The notes: generated from the letters alone by a model not told the origin. Numbered from the stretch's first letter, positions 44,469-57,483 are shown. The stretch is DNA of 64,000 nucleotides from Vicinamibacterales bacterium (GCA_036675475.1 JAKFEY010000030.1:23893-87892), one strand, 5' to 3'. Numbers and translations are program-made.

Positions 44469-47339
<2,871 letters not shown>

Positions 47340-47388
47340 ACCTACTGCAGGGCCTTTTGGTGAAATTCCAAAAGGGTAATTTTACCAC

Positions 47389-48429
47389 TTAGAAGGGCGG
47401 GCGGATGGCTCCCGACTCGGCAATAAGAGCATTTGCCGCGGCCAGCGCCTCGGCCGGGTCGCGCACCGGCGAGAGGCAGATTTCATCGCCGGCGAACTCC
47501 GCGATCCACGCGTCGCGAGGCTGCGTTTTCATGAGCGTGCGGACGGCGGCGATGATCCGCGGCTGCTCGGCCGCCACGTACTGCAGCGGCCCCCATTCGG
47601 GCTGGCCGATGCGCTCGCAGAAGCGCGTCCAGAAGTGCGCTTCGAGCGCGCCGAGCGCGATCCACTTACCGTCGGCGCACTCATACACGTTGTAGGACGC
47701 GAAGCTGCCGTCGGTGGGCAGATCGGGCGCATCGGCGGCGACGTCTTTCACGAGCAGGCGCGCGGCCGGCAGCATCAGCCAGTAGAGCGAGGCGTGATGC
47801 ATGGAGATATCGATGAACCGGCCGCCCTGATCGCCGGGACTGAAGTCCCGGCCTACCGCGCGGCCTACCAGCGCCGCCAGAATCCCGATCACCGCGCTCA
47901 TCGCGCCACCGCCGACGTCGGCGATGAACATGCGCGGCAGCGTGGGTTCCTGTCGTCCCGTGACGTCGAACGACAGCAGCCCCGCCTCCGCGACGAAGTT
48001 GAGATCGTGCCCCGCGCGATCGGCGTGCGGGCTGTCCTGGCCGTAGCCGGTAATCGAGCAGTGAATCAGCCGCGGGTAGGCCGCGCGGATCGCGTCGCGA
48101 TCCAGCCCCAGCCGCTTCGCCGTCGCCGCGCGGAAGTTGTCGACGAGCACGTCGGCGTCAGCCAGCAGCGCATCGAGCCGCGCCCGTCCCTCGGGCGCGC
48201 GCAGATCGATCTCCTGGCTGTCCTTGCCCTGATTGAGCAGGTGATGAAAGACGCTGTTGCCGTCGGCCGCAATCGGCGCGAGCCGGCGCAGCGGATCGCC
48301 GCCGGGCGGCTCGACCTTGGTCACCGCCGCGCCGAGCTCACGCAGGATGTGGGTGCAGAACGCGCCGGGCAAGAGCCTCGATAAATCGAGCACGCGCACG
48401 CCGGAAAGCGGCAAAGAAGACGGGGACAC
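47389..48429 (-). CDS. Family III CoA-transferase (CaiB/BaiF; alpha-methylacyl-CoA racemase-like)
   Basis: 346 aa: PLSGVRVLDLSRLLPGAFCTHILRELGAAVTKVEPPGGDP...VLVDNFR. Confidence 0.88.
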   Translation of the reverse strand: MSPSSLPLSGVRVLDLSRLLPGAFCTHILRELGAAVTKVEPPGGDPLRRLAPIAADGNSVFHHLLNQGKDSQEIDLRAPEGRARLDALLADADVLVDNFRAATAKRLGLDRDAIRAAYPRLIHCSITGYGQDSPHADRAGHDLNFVAEAGLLSFDVTGRQEPTLPRMFIADVGGGAMSAVIGILAALVGRAVGRDFSPGDQGGRFIDISMHHASLYWLMLPAARLLVKDVAADAPDLPTDGSFASYNVYECADGKWIALGALEAHFWTRFCERIGQPEWGPLQYVAAEQPRIIAAVRTLMKTQPRDAWIAEFAGDEICLSPVRDPAEALAAANALIAESGAIRPPF

Positions 48430-48451
48430 TGCGTGCTATTATCCCCGCTTC

Positions 48452-49957
48452 ATGACAGCCGCACCCGGCCGGACTCCGTCCCTCGCTGTTTCGCTGATCC
48501 CCATCATCGTCCTGATGCTGCTGCTTGCCGCGTCAGTCGCGCTCTTCGGTGACGGCTCGGCCAGCGGCCCCAGTCAAATCGCGCTGATGGTCGCCGCGGC
48601 GGTGGGCGTGGTCGTGGGCGTGCGGCATGGCCATTCGTGGCACGCGCTCGAAAAGGGCATCGTGCACGGCATCTCGCTGTCGATGGCCGCCGTGCTCATC
48701 CTGCTCGTCGTCGGCGCGCTGATCGGCTCGTGGATTCTCGCCGGCATCGTGCCGACGATGATCTATTACGGACTGCAGCTGCTGACGCCGGCCATCTTCT
48801 TTCCGAGCGCGTGCGCGCTGTGCTGCCTCGTGTCGCTCGCGACCGGCAGCTCGTGGACGACGGCCGGCACGGTCGGCGTCGCGCTGATTGGCATCGCGGC
48901 CGCGCAAAACCTGTCGCTGGGCCTCGCCGCGGGCGCCGTCATCTCGGGCGCGTATTTCGGCGACAAGATGTCGCCGCTGTCCGACACGACGAATCTCGCG
49001 CCTGCCATGGCCGGCACGGATCTCTTCACGCACATCCGGCACATGACGTGGACGACGACGCCGAGCATCATCATCGCGCTCATCCTGTTTGCGGTGATTG
49101 GCTTCTGGAACGCGGCGCCGCAGGACACGACGGCGGTGGCCACGATTCTCGAGTCGCTCAGAGGGACGTTTGCGATTGGCCTGCACCTGCTGCTGCCGGT
49201 CGTGCTGGTGCTCGTGCTCGTCGTCCGCAAGGTGCCGGCGCTGCCGGCACTGACGATTGGCGCGCTGACCGGCTGTGTCTTTGCGGTGATCTTTCAGCAG
49301 CAGGTGGTCGTGGCGTACGCGGCGACGCCGAGCCTCCCTGCATGGGCGGCTCTCGGCAAAGGCGCGTGGATGTCGCTCTTCGCAGGCTACACGCTGACGT
49401 CAGGCAACGCGACGCTCGACGAGCTGCTGTCGGGCGGCGGCATGGCGAGCATGCTGCCGACCGTGTGGCTCATCCTCGCGGCGATGATGTTCGGCGCCGT
49501 CATGGAAGCCACCGGCATGCTGGCGCGAATCGCGGCGAGCATCCTGACCATGGTGCACGGCACCGGCAGTCTCATCGCGGCCACGCTGACGACGTCGATC
49601 GGCATGAACGTCATCGCGTCGGATCAGTACATCGCAATCGTCCTGCCGGGCCGGATGTTCCGCGCGGAATACGCGCGGCGGCACCTGCATCCGAAAAACC
49701 TCTCACGCGCGCTGGAAGACGCCGGCACGCTGACGTCGCCGCTCGTGCCGTGGAACACGTGCGGCGCGTTCATGGCGACGACGCTCGGCGTGGCCACGCT
49801 GACCTATCTGCCGTTCGCGTTCTTCAACCTGATCAACCCCGTCGTGTCGGCCATCTACGGCTTTACGGGTTTCACGATCGAGAAGCTCGCGCCGGGAGAA
49901 GAAACGCCGATCGTTGCGCCAGTCGTCGATGAGGGAGCGCCGGGGATCGAGCACTGA
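48452..49957 (+). CDS. nhaC: Na+/H+ antiporter NhaC family
   Basis: ATG at 48452 inside ORF 48257..49957. It is polytopic and contains GSSWTTAGT.GVA, YFGDKMSPLSDTTNLA and PWNTCG. Confidence 0.88.
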   Translation: MTAAPGRTPSLAVSLIPIIVLMLLLAASVALFGDGSASGPSQIALMVAAAVGVVVGVRHGHSWHALEKGIVHGISLSMAAVLILLVVGALIGSWILAGIVPTMIYYGLQLLTPAIFFPSACALCCLVSLATGSSWTTAGTVGVALIGIAAAQNLSLGLAAGAVISGAYFGDKMSPLSDTTNLAPAMAGTDLFTHIRHMTWTTTPSIIIALILFAVIGFWNAAPQDTTAVATILESLRGTFAIGLHLLLPVVLVLVLVVRKVPALPALTIGALTGCVFAVIFQQQVVVAYAATPSLPAWAALGKGAWMSLFAGYTLTSGNATLDELLSGGGMASMLPTVWLILAAMMFGAVMEATGMLARIAASILTMVHGTGSLIAATLTTSIGMNVIASDQYIAIVLPGRMFRAEYARRHLHPKNLSRALEDAGTLTSPLVPWNTCGAFMATTLGVATLTYLPFAFFNLINPVVSAIYGFTGFTIEKLAPGEETPIVAPVVDEGAPGIEH

Positions 49958-49982
49958 GACGCGGGCCGAAGGCCTGTGGGCC

Positions 49983-50000
49983 GCAGGCCTAAAGGCCTGC
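49983..50000. repeat. REP-like palindrome variant GCAGGCCTAAAGGCCTGC (copy 3), preceded by a GGCCGAAGGCC mini-hairpin
   Basis: Read directly. The loop contains the TAG stop (49989-49991, minus strand) of the NHL-repeat gene. Confidence 0.75.
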
Positions 50001-50999
50001 ACTACCACCCTCGAACCTCCACAGCGTGTCCGAGGCGGCGACCACCATGCCGCCGTCCGGATCGAACGCCAGGCCCACCAGCGAGCCCGCCGCCAGCACC
50101 CGCTCCCCCACCAGCGTCGTCTTCGACAGGTCGTAGCGCCAGATGCCGGCGTCGCCGGCCAGGGCTTCCACCACGTGCAGGCGGCCGTAGATGTCGAACG
50201 CGAGTCCCTGCGGCCGGCCGAGGCCTTCGAGCAGCACCTCGACGTTGCCGTTGTCGGGATCGATGCGATACACGCGGTCGCTCGGCGACAGCGTGGGCGC
50301 GCTCACGTACACCGCATGGTCGGGCCCGATGGCCACGTGAAACGCGGCCATGCTGGCCGGCAGCTCCGCGATCGCTTCGACCTCGCCGTCCACATCCACG
50401 CGGAAGATCGTGCCTGCGCGATCGCCCACCCACAAATCGCCGTCGGGATCGAACGCCAGGCCGAACGGCGACCCAAGATTGGTCGCGAATACGCGGAAGT
50501 TCTGCGTCGCAGGATCGACGCGATAGATCGATCCCTCGAAGCGGCTCGACACATACAGCGCGCCGTCGCGGCCGACGGCCACCGACGTGGGATTGGGAAT
50601 GTCGACGCGAATGGGCTCGCGCACGCCGTCGCGCCGCACGCGGAAGAGCGTCACCGGCACGCGGTTCTCGCGGCTGCCGCTGAAGGTCGCATACACGTTG
50701 CCGTCGCGATCGAACGCGGGATTGTCCACCTGGTGCACGCCGGTGGCCAGCGTGGCGCCGACATCCACCAGCGCCGTGCCTCCCTGCACGGCGTCGATGC
50801 GCAGCGGCATCTGCCCGCCTTCGAGCTCCGCGGGCACGACGATGCGGAGGTGACGCGAGGAGGCGGAACAGACATGCGCCGGCGTGTCGCCGATCGTGAC
50901 GCGCGGCGGAGGATCGCAGGGAAGATGTTCGCCTTCGACGAGGAGGATGCCGCCGTCGACGGCCTTGAGGGGCGCGACGCGCGTGATGCGCGAATGCAC
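49989..50999 (-). CDS. IPT/TIG domain plus NHL/SMP-30-like beta-propeller repeat protein
   Basis: 336 aa. It has repeated G.P.GLAFD..G.L.V / DR.G.IFRV-type blades and an N-terminal Ig-like segment. Confidence 0.7.
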   Translation of the reverse strand: MHSRITRVAPLKAVDGGILLVEGEHLPCDPPPRVTIGDTPAHVCSASSRHLRIVVPAELEGGQMPLRIDAVQGGTALVDVGATLATGVHQVDNPAFDRDGNVYATFSGSRENRVPVTLFRVRRDGVREPIRVDIPNPTSVAVGRDGALYVSSRFEGSIYRVDPATQNFRVFATNLGSPFGLAFDPDGDLWVGDRAGTIFRVDVDGEVEAIAELPASMAAFHVAIGPDHAVYVSAPTLSPSDRVYRIDPDNGNVEVLLEGLGRPQGLAFDIYGRLHVVEALAGDAGIWRYDLSKTTLVGERVLAAGSLVGLAFDPDGGMVVAASDTLWRFEGGSAGL

Positions 51000-51536
51000 T
51001 TAAGCGTCGTCCAGCTCGACGTTCCAGTACACGTAGTCGCGCCAGCTTTCGGGCGCGTTGCGCAGCCCGAACGTGATGCGGATGGCCGGCGCCTTCTCGG
51101 GCCGCTTCGGCGCGCGGATGAGCGTCATGCCCGCCTGCGCGGGTGTGCGTCCGCCCTTGCGCCGGTTGCACGAGATGCAGCAGCTGACGATGTTCTCCCA
51201 GTCCTTGCGGCCGCCCTGGGCGACCGGCACCACATGATCGAAGGTCAGCTCCGAGCTGGCGAACGGCTTCCCGCAGTACTGGCAGCTGTGATTGTCGCGG
51301 GCGTAAATGTTGGCGCGGGAAAACGGGACGTAGTCGAGGCGGCGCTTGATGCGGATGCGGCGGAGCAGACGGATAACCGAAGGTAGCTTGAAGGTGAAGC
51401 TCACGCTCCGGATCTCCCGGTCTTCATAGACCGAGATCACCTCCACCTTCCCCTGGCACCACAGCGTCACCGCCTTGCGCCAGTGAACAACCTTGAGGGG
51501 TTCGTACGTCGCGTTCAACAGGAGCGTTTGCTCCAT
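51000..51536 (-). CDS. HNH endonuclease family protein
   Basis: 178 aa. CQYCG......LT.DHV.P...GG...W.N.V..C..CN..K is the HNH zinc-finger core. The N-terminus LLLNATYEPLKVV is typical of this conserved family. Confidence 0.85.
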   Translation of the reverse strand: MEQTLLLNATYEPLKVVHWRKAVTLWCQGKVEVISVYEDREIRSVSFTFKLPSVIRLLRRIRIKRRLDYVPFSRANIYARDNHSCQYCGKPFASSELTFDHVVPVAQGGRKDWENIVSCCISCNRRKGGRTPAQAGMTLIRAPKRPEKAPAIRITFGLRNAPESWRDYVYWNVELDDA

Positions 51537-51601
51537 CTTGCTGCCTGATTTTGCAGGAGATGACGGAAAACGTCAATTAATCCGATAATCCCGGTGTCCT
51601 C

Positions 51602-52159
51602 ATGCGACTGATCCTGGCGTTCGTGGCCCTGGCGGCCAGCACGGCATGCGCCACTGGAGGCGCCTACGCGCCGCGCCCGTTCCCGACGGCCCACATGCCG
51701 GCGATGACCGCTGCCGAGCCGGCGACGGCTGAGCCGGGCGTGCCGGTACCAGGCGGCGGGCCGTCGCCTGGAGCGGCTGCGTCACCGGGCCGCGAGGCCG
51801 CATCGGCCGCGGTGCTGGCCACGGCGCTCGACCTGCGCGGCGTGCCTTATCGGCTCGGCGGATCCGATCTGAACGGCTTCGACTGCAGCGGCTTCGTGCA
51901 GTACGTGCTGGCGCAGCACGCCATCGACATGCCGCGCACGGTCATCGAACAGTACGGCGTCGGCGCGCGCACGCGCGCGATCGAGCCGGGTGATCTGGTG
52001 TTTTTTCAGACGGTGGGATCGAAGGCCTCGCACGTGGGCATCGCGCTCGGCGGCGGCGAGTTCGTGCACGCCCCCAACAGCCGCGGCGTCGTGCGCGTCG
52101 AGCGCATGGACACACCCTACTGGTCGTCGCGCTTCCTCGGCGCGCGGCGCGTGTTCTAA
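51602..52159 (+). CDS. NlpC/P60 (C40) cell-wall peptidase lipoprotein
   Basis: 185 aa with a lipobox (LAASTAC), the catalytic Cys motif GFDCSGFVQYV, and His in SHVGIALG. Confidence 0.88.
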   Translation: MRLILAFVALAASTACATGGAYAPRPFPTAHMPAMTAAEPATAEPGVPVPGGGPSPGAAASPGREAASAAVLATALDLRGVPYRLGGSDLNGFDCSGFVQYVLAQHAIDMPRTVIEQYGVGARTRAIEPGDLVFFQTVGSKASHVGIALGGGEFVHAPNSRGVVRVERMDTPYWSSRFLGARRVF

Positions 52160-52956
52160 ACCGCCAGCCGGGAAGTCTGCGGCATGAACAGCCGCTTGGC
52201 CAGGTCGCGCTCGGTGTACTGCGCGGGCTGCGAGGCGCGCTTCAACGGCTCAATCTTCACGTCAGGCACCGGCAGCGGCGCGTCGGCCGCGAGCCGCACC
52301 GTCTCGTTGTAGCGCTGCGGAAACGACGGATAGTTGCGGAACGTCGTGCACACCACGCCGCCGTAGCGCTCGGTCAGCCCGGCGAAGTCGTACCGCAGAA
52401 ACTCGTACAGCTCGGGATTCGGCTTGCTCGCGAGGTACTGGCGCACCATGCGCGCGACGTCTTCGTAGTAGGTCGGGCCGTGCAGCTTGTTCGACATGTT
52501 GCCGTCAGGCAGCACCGCGCGGCGCAGGCCCTGCCCCTGCGGATCGATGTGATACAGCTCGTGCACCACAGTGTCGAGCTTCGCAATCCACGCCGGCTCG
52601 TCGTCATAGAACTCGCGCTTGCGCGAGCGCTCGAGCGACTGGTCCGAGAACCGCGGCAGGACGAACGAGATCAGATAGTGGATGTGGCGCCCCGCGATCT
52701 CCACGCGCGGCGACTTGGTGACGAACCATTCCGAGCGGCGCGTGAGCTGCCCGGTCTGCCGATCTTTCCAGAAGAAATAGCCCGGTTCGGACTCGGGCAG
52801 CGTCAGGCAGTGGCAGCTGGCGTAGGCGCCGTCGGCGTCGGAACGCCCGAGCCGCGCGAACACCAGCACGCGCTCGAGATCGATGCAGCTGAGCGACGGC
52901 ACGCGCGACACGATGTCGCGCATCAGATCGGTCAACCGTTCCGTGTAATTGATCAT
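52156..52956 (-). CDS. HExxH-motif protein (putative metallopeptidase), unknown family
   Basis: Starts at MINYTERL (52956) inside ORF 52156..53112. It contains a single HELYH motif. I cannot name the family with confidence. Confidence 0.55.
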   Translation of the reverse strand: MINYTERLTDLMRDIVSRVPSLSCIDLERVLVFARLGRSDADGAYASCHCLTLPESEPGYFFWKDRQTGQLTRRSEWFVTKSPRVEIAGRHIHYLISFVLPRFSDQSLERSRKREFYDDEPAWIAKLDTVVHELYHIDPQGQGLRRAVLPDGNMSNKLHGPTYYEDVARMVRQYLASKPNPELYEFLRYDFAGLTERYGGVVCTTFRNYPSFPQRYNETVRLAADAPLPVPDVKIEPLKRASQPAQYTERDLAKRLFMPQTSRLAV

Positions 52957-53119
52957 GCGAGACGAGGAACACGCGCACGCGTGCGCACTCCTCTGGCCCT
53001 CAAAACTATTTAGAAAATGGAGACGGGCGATTATCGGGCTCGGTGCGGAAGGTGTCAAGGTGAACAGGCGGCACCTCGACCGTTCGCGGCGGCGGAACGC
53101 GCCGCATGACATCGACGGG

Positions 53120-53977
53120 CTACTGTCCGCCGCCGCCAGGTTTCTTCGGCGGCGGAGGCGGCGCCAGCGTCACGGGCGCGCCGGGAAGCGCGGCCGGCAG
53201 CGACGGCGCGGCGGTCGGCAGCGGCTTCGGCGTGCCGCCCTCATCCTCGTCTGGCGCGCTGGCCGCCGCAGGCACGGCGGCCGGCGGCTCGTAAAACCCC
53301 ATGCGGCCGCGAATAATGCGCTGCCGCGCGCGCAGCCGCGCGTTGGGCCGCGCCGGCGAGTACACGCGCGGATTGATGATCGCGCCGGCCAGCAGCGCGG
53401 CCTCGTCGGGGCCGAGCGACGACGCCGGCTTGCCGAAATACGAGCGCGCCGCGGCTTCCGCGCCGTAAATGCCGTCGCCCCACTCGATGCTGTTCAGATA
53501 CAGCTCGAGGATGCGCGCCTTCGGCAGCTCGATCTCGAGCCGCCGCGCAATCCACAGCTCGCGCAGCTTGCGCACGGGATTCTTCGACGGCGACAGATAC
53601 AGGTTCTTCGCGAGCTGCTGCGTGATGGTGCTCGCGCCCAGCGCGAACTCGCGCTTCTCGAGGTTCACCTCGACCGCGCGCTGCACCGCTTCCATGTCCA
53701 CGCCCTCGTGCTCCCAGAACGCCGCGTCTTCGGCCACGAGCACCGCGCGCTTGAGCGTTTGCGAGATGCGCGAGTACGGCACCCAGCGCTTCACGCGGCG
53801 CGGCTCCTCGCCGCGCGCGCGCGCCTGCCGCTCGCGCAGCCGCATGAAGGCGGTGGTTTCGGGATTTTCGGTCTGCAGGCGGCGCACGTCGGGCAGCGTG
53901 ACCCACTCGAAGGCCAGCACGGCAAACCCGACGGCAAGAGCCGCGGCCACGGCTCTCGCGATCCTGCGCATGTTCAA
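53120..53977 (-). CDS. mtgA: Monofunctional peptidoglycan glycosyltransferase (GT51) with a Pro/Ala-rich tail
   Basis: 285 aa with an N-terminal TM segment. Motifs seen: VAEDAAFWEHEGVD, GASTITQQLAKNL, RK..E......LE and ILE.YLN..EWG. Confidence 0.88.
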   Translation of the reverse strand: MNMRRIARAVAAALAVGFAVLAFEWVTLPDVRRLQTENPETTAFMRLRERQARARGEEPRRVKRWVPYSRISQTLKRAVLVAEDAAFWEHEGVDMEAVQRAVEVNLEKREFALGASTITQQLAKNLYLSPSKNPVRKLRELWIARRLEIELPKARILELYLNSIEWGDGIYGAEAAARSYFGKPASSLGPDEAALLAGAIINPRVYSPARPNARLRARQRIIRGRMGFYEPPAAVPAAASAPDEDEGGTPKPLPTAAPSLPAALPGAPVTLAPPPPPKKPGGGGQ

Positions 53978-53986
53978 TACTACCCG

Positions 53987-55432
53987 TTAGCCGGCGACGA
54001 CGATCTTCAGGCGGTCGCCTGCGCGCGGCGGCTGGGCAGGCTCGTAGTCGTTCATGATCGCCAGCGTCGACGCGCGCATGTTGCCCTCGCTGGCGCGCGA
54101 CGCAATCGACTGCCACGAATCGCCCGATCGCGCGGTGTAGAGGTCGACGCGGTTCGGGCGAATCGCCTCGGCCTGCGCCGCGGTCAGCGGCCTGAACGAC
54201 TGGATGGTTTGATCGAACGCCGGTGCCGCGGCGTTGAACTGCCCGGCTGGCGCGATGCCCACCAGCAGATACACGCGATCGCCGTGCAGGATGTGCGCGG
54301 CGCGCGCGCCCGCCTGCCCCATCCCCTGCAGCGTGCCGCGATAGGTGCCCACCACCGCGTCGAGCCCGTTGATACGGGTACGGTTGCCATCCACCAGCTG
54401 GAACCCGGCCTTCGCCATCTGCTGCTGCGCAATCTGCTCGAGCGATCCGCCCTGCGCCTGCACCAGCTCCAGAATCACGTAGTGCTCCGCATTGGGCCGC
54501 TTCGCCGCCACCTGCGCGTCGGTGTTGGAAATCGGCCAGCCCTCGGGGAACGTCATCGCGAAGCGCAGATCGCGATGCTGGAAGCTCGCGCCGCGCACCA
54601 CGCCTTTTTCCGGACTGTCGCCGAAGATGATGCCGTCGATCTGCGCGAGAAACGCCGCCTCATTGGTGGCCGACGCGTCGCTCGTCTTGCGCGCCTCCGC
54701 CACGATCGTCTGAATCTCCTCGACGCGATCGGCCGGCGCCGGGTGCGTCGACAGCCAGTTGGGCACGCCCCGCCGCTCGCCCGACGCCTCCTCGAGCCGC
54801 GCCAGCGTCGTCAGCATCCCCGCAACGCCCGCCGGATCCCATCCGTTGCGCGCGTTGTACGCGACGCCCAACCGATCCGCCTCGCGCTCATCGTCGCGTC
54901 CGTACTTAAGGAAGAGCGCGCCGAGGCCGGCTTCGGCAATCGGCGCCGCCTGCCCGACGGCTGGAATGAAGATGCCGAGCACGCCGAGGCCGACACCGGC
55001 CGCGGTCTGCCGCGAATATTGCGCCACGGTGTGGCGCGCCGTGACGTGGCCGATCTCGTGCCCGATGACGCCGGCGAGCTCCGCCTCGTCATCGAGAAAC
55101 GGCAGGATGCCGCGCGTGAGATAGATGAAGCCGCCCGGCACCGCAAACGCGTTGATCGCCGGTGAATCGACGACGGCAAACGTCCAGGGCAGGTGCGGGC
55201 GCTCCGACGACTTGGCCAGCCGCAGCCCGATCTGCTGCACATAGCGCTGCAGCTCGGGATCGTTGTAGATCCCCATGGTCTTGCGGATTTCGGCGTCGGT
55301 CTGGCGCCCGAGCTCAATCTCCTGCGCCTCGCTCATCAGCGCAAGTTCGCGCCGGCCGGTGACGGGGTTGGTGGCGCAGGCCGCGACGACGGCGGCCAGT
55401 GTAGCGGCGAGGACGATGTGGCGCAGGCGCAT
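53987..55432 (-). CDS. M48-family zinc metalloprotease lipoprotein with a C-terminal LysM-like domain
   Basis: Starts at MRLRHIVLAATLAAVVAAC (55432). It has NAFAVPGGFIY, HEIGHVTARH and ERE.EADRLG. The LysM-like C-terminus is YTARSGDSWQSIA...GDRLKIV. Confidence 0.88.
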   Translation of the reverse strand: MRLRHIVLAATLAAVVAACATNPVTGRRELALMSEAQEIELGRQTDAEIRKTMGIYNDPELQRYVQQIGLRLAKSSERPHLPWTFAVVDSPAINAFAVPGGFIYLTRGILPFLDDEAELAGVIGHEIGHVTARHTVAQYSRQTAAGVGLGVLGIFIPAVGQAAPIAEAGLGALFLKYGRDDEREADRLGVAYNARNGWDPAGVAGMLTTLARLEEASGERRGVPNWLSTHPAPADRVEEIQTIVAEARKTSDASATNEAAFLAQIDGIIFGDSPEKGVVRGASFQHRDLRFAMTFPEGWPISNTDAQVAAKRPNAEHYVILELVQAQGGSLEQIAQQQMAKAGFQLVDGNRTRINGLDAVVGTYRGTLQGMGQAGARAAHILHGDRVYLLVGIAPAGQFNAAAPAFDQTIQSFRPLTAAQAEAIRPNRVDLYTARSGDSWQSIASRASEGNMRASTLAIMNDYEPAQPPRAGDRLKIVVAG

Positions 55433-55470
55433 GGCAGTCCAGCTGGACTGCAACACGCGTACCGGGTAGC

Positions 55471-55488
55471 GCAGGCCTTCAGGCCTGC
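55471..55488. repeat. REP-like palindrome GCAGGCCTTCAGGCCTGC (copy 4)
   Basis: Identical 26-nt context to copy 1. The loop holds the TGA stop (55479-81, minus strand) of the aminotransferase gene. Confidence 0.85.
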
Positions 55489-56582
55489 GAACGCCCCAAC
55501 ACCTCTTTAAACGCGCTGAGGAAACGCTCAACGTTTTCGAGTGTGGCGCCCGATCCCATCAGGCCCAGCCGCCAGATGCGGCCGGCCAGCGGCCCGAGCG
55601 CGCCGCCGACTTCGATGTTGTGGCGCGTGAGCAGCGCGCGGCGCACGGCCGCCTCGTCGACCCCCTCGGGCACCACCACCGCGTTGAGGCTGGGAATGCG
55701 CTCCGCCGGCGGCGGCAGCAGCGTGATGCCGATGGCCTCGAGCCCGCGCACCAGCGCGTCGTGGACCTCGCGGTGCCGCGCCCACCGCGCCGGCAGCGTC
55801 TCGTCTTCGACCTCGACCAGCGCTTCGCGCAGCGCGTAAATCAGCGGCGCCGAAATCGTGTGGTGATATTTGCGCTCCACCCAGAACGCCTCGAGCAGCG
55901 CGCGATCGAACGCAAAACTGCGAATATTCTTCCCGGTTGAATTACCCCGGTTGAACGCAATCGGCGCGAGGCCCGACGGCGCGCCGAGCCCTTTCTGCGA
56001 GCAGCTGTAACACACCGCGGCGCCCCACCCGGCCGCATCCACCGGCAGCGCGCCAAGCGACGTCACGCAGTCGACGATGAACGGGATGTCGCGCGCGCGA
56101 AGCAGCGGCGCGATGTCCCCGACCGGATTGAGCACGCCGGTGGTGGTTTCGGCATGCACGATGCCGAACACGTCGACGGCCCGATCGGCCATCGCGCGGC
56201 GGACGGCGTCGGGATCGATCGCTCTGCCCCACTCGCCTTCGATGCGATGCACGTCGGCGCCGGCGCGCGCGATCATCTGCGCAAGCCGATCGCCGAAATA
56301 GCCGTTGACGATGACGGCTGCCTGCATGCCCGGCGCGACGGTGTTGGCAATCGCCGCCTCCATGGCGCTGGTGCCGGTGCCGGAGATCGCCGGCGTGAAC
56401 CAGGCGTCGCCGTTTCCGGCGGCGCCGAACACGCGTCCGAGCCGCGCGCGCACATCGTCGAGAATCAGCACGAAGTCGGGATCGAGGTGCGACAGCGGCG
56501 GCGCGGTCATGGCGCGCATCACGCGCGGCGACACGGGACTCGGGCCGGGGCCCAACAGCAGGCGCGGTGTGGTGGGCAGCAC
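55479..56582 (-). CDS. Class-V aminotransferase (serine-pyruvate / alanine-glyoxylate aminotransferase type)
   Basis: 367 aa with a GTG start: LLLGPGPSPVSPRV, GTGTSAMEAA, HAETTTGV, and the PLP-Lys region SCSQKGLGAPSG. Confidence 0.87.
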   Translation of the reverse strand: MLPTTPRLLLGPGPSPVSPRVMRAMTAPPLSHLDPDFVLILDDVRARLGRVFGAAGNGDAWFTPAISGTGTSAMEAAIANTVAPGMQAAVIVNGYFGDRLAQMIARAGADVHRIEGEWGRAIDPDAVRRAMADRAVDVFGIVHAETTTGVLNPVGDIAPLLRARDIPFIVDCVTSLGALPVDAAGWGAAVCYSCSQKGLGAPSGLAPIAFNRGNSTGKNIRSFAFDRALLEAFWVERKYHHTISAPLIYALREALVEVEDETLPARWARHREVHDALVRGLEAIGITLLPPPAERIPSLNAVVVPEGVDEAAVRRALLTRHNIEVGGALGPLAGRIWRLGLMGSGATLENVERFLSAFKEVLGRSQA

Positions 56583-57473
56583 TCAGTTCTCCAGCGCGGC
56601 GAGGGCCGCGGCGATGTCGTCGCGCGCATGCGCCGGCGCCGGCAGCAGCGGCAGGCGCGGAAGGCCGCCGCGCTGCCCCGACAGGTCCTGCGCGATCTTC
56701 AGGCCGGCCACGCCATACGTGGCCGTCACATATTTGTTGACGGCGACAATCCGCTGCTGAAGCGCGCGGGCCTCGTCGACGCGGCCGTCGCGCAGCAGCT
56801 CGAACAATTCGATGGACCGCTCGGGAAGCACCACGGCCGACGCCAGAATGGCGCCGGTCGCGCCGGCGGCCACCGACGCGTGCAGCGCGGTGACCGTGCC
56901 GGCGAGCAGCGCGAATGACGAGGACGCGTGCGCGCCGTACGCCGCAATCAGCGCCTCGTCGGTGCCCGATTCCTTCATGCCGATGATGTTGGGATGCTGC
57001 GCCAGCGCTCCCACGGCCTCGGCGTGCAGCGTGACGCCGGTCAGCGCCGTGTAGTTGTACAGCAGCACCGGCACGGGCGACGCATCGGCAAGCTCCGTGT
57101 AGTGGCGCGTGAAGGCCGCGGCCGTGAGCTGTCCCTTGAAGAAGGATGGCGTGCGCACGAGCACGGCGTCGGCGCCCGCGTCGGCCGCGCGCCGCGTGAA
57201 GCGGATCGTTTCGCGCGTCGACTCGCGCCCCGTGCCGGCGATGAGCACGCGGTCGCGCGGCGTCACCTCGCGCGCCGCCTCGATCAGCGCCGCCGAGTCA
57301 TCGTCATTAATCAACGGCGCTTCGCCGTTGGAGCCGAGCACGACGATGCCGCGCACGCGCGTGGGGAGCAGGTGCTGGATGTTGTGTTGCAGCGCCGCGG
57401 GATCGATCGACTCGCCGGCGGCAAACGGTGTCGGTACCGGCGGAAACACGCCGGCAAGATTCAGGGAAGGCAC
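56583..57473 (-). CDS. DapA/DHDPS-family class I aldolase (4-hydroxy-2-oxoglutarate aldolase-like or dihydrodipicolinate synthase-like)
   Basis: 296 aa containing GVFPPVPTPF, GSNGE, LYNY and GMKES (Schiff-base Lys). Confidence 0.83.
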   Translation of the reverse strand: MPSLNLAGVFPPVPTPFAAGESIDPAALQHNIQHLLPTRVRGIVVLGSNGEAPLINDDDSAALIEAAREVTPRDRVLIAGTGRESTRETIRFTRRAADAGADAVLVRTPSFFKGQLTAAAFTRHYTELADASPVPVLLYNYTALTGVTLHAEAVGALAQHPNIIGMKESGTDEALIAAYGAHASSSFALLAGTVTALHASVAAGATGAILASAVVLPERSIELFELLRDGRVDEARALQQRIVAVNKYVTATYGVAGLKIAQDLSGQRGGLPRLPLLPAPAHARDDIAAALAALEN

Positions 57474-57483
57474 GCCGCCGAGC

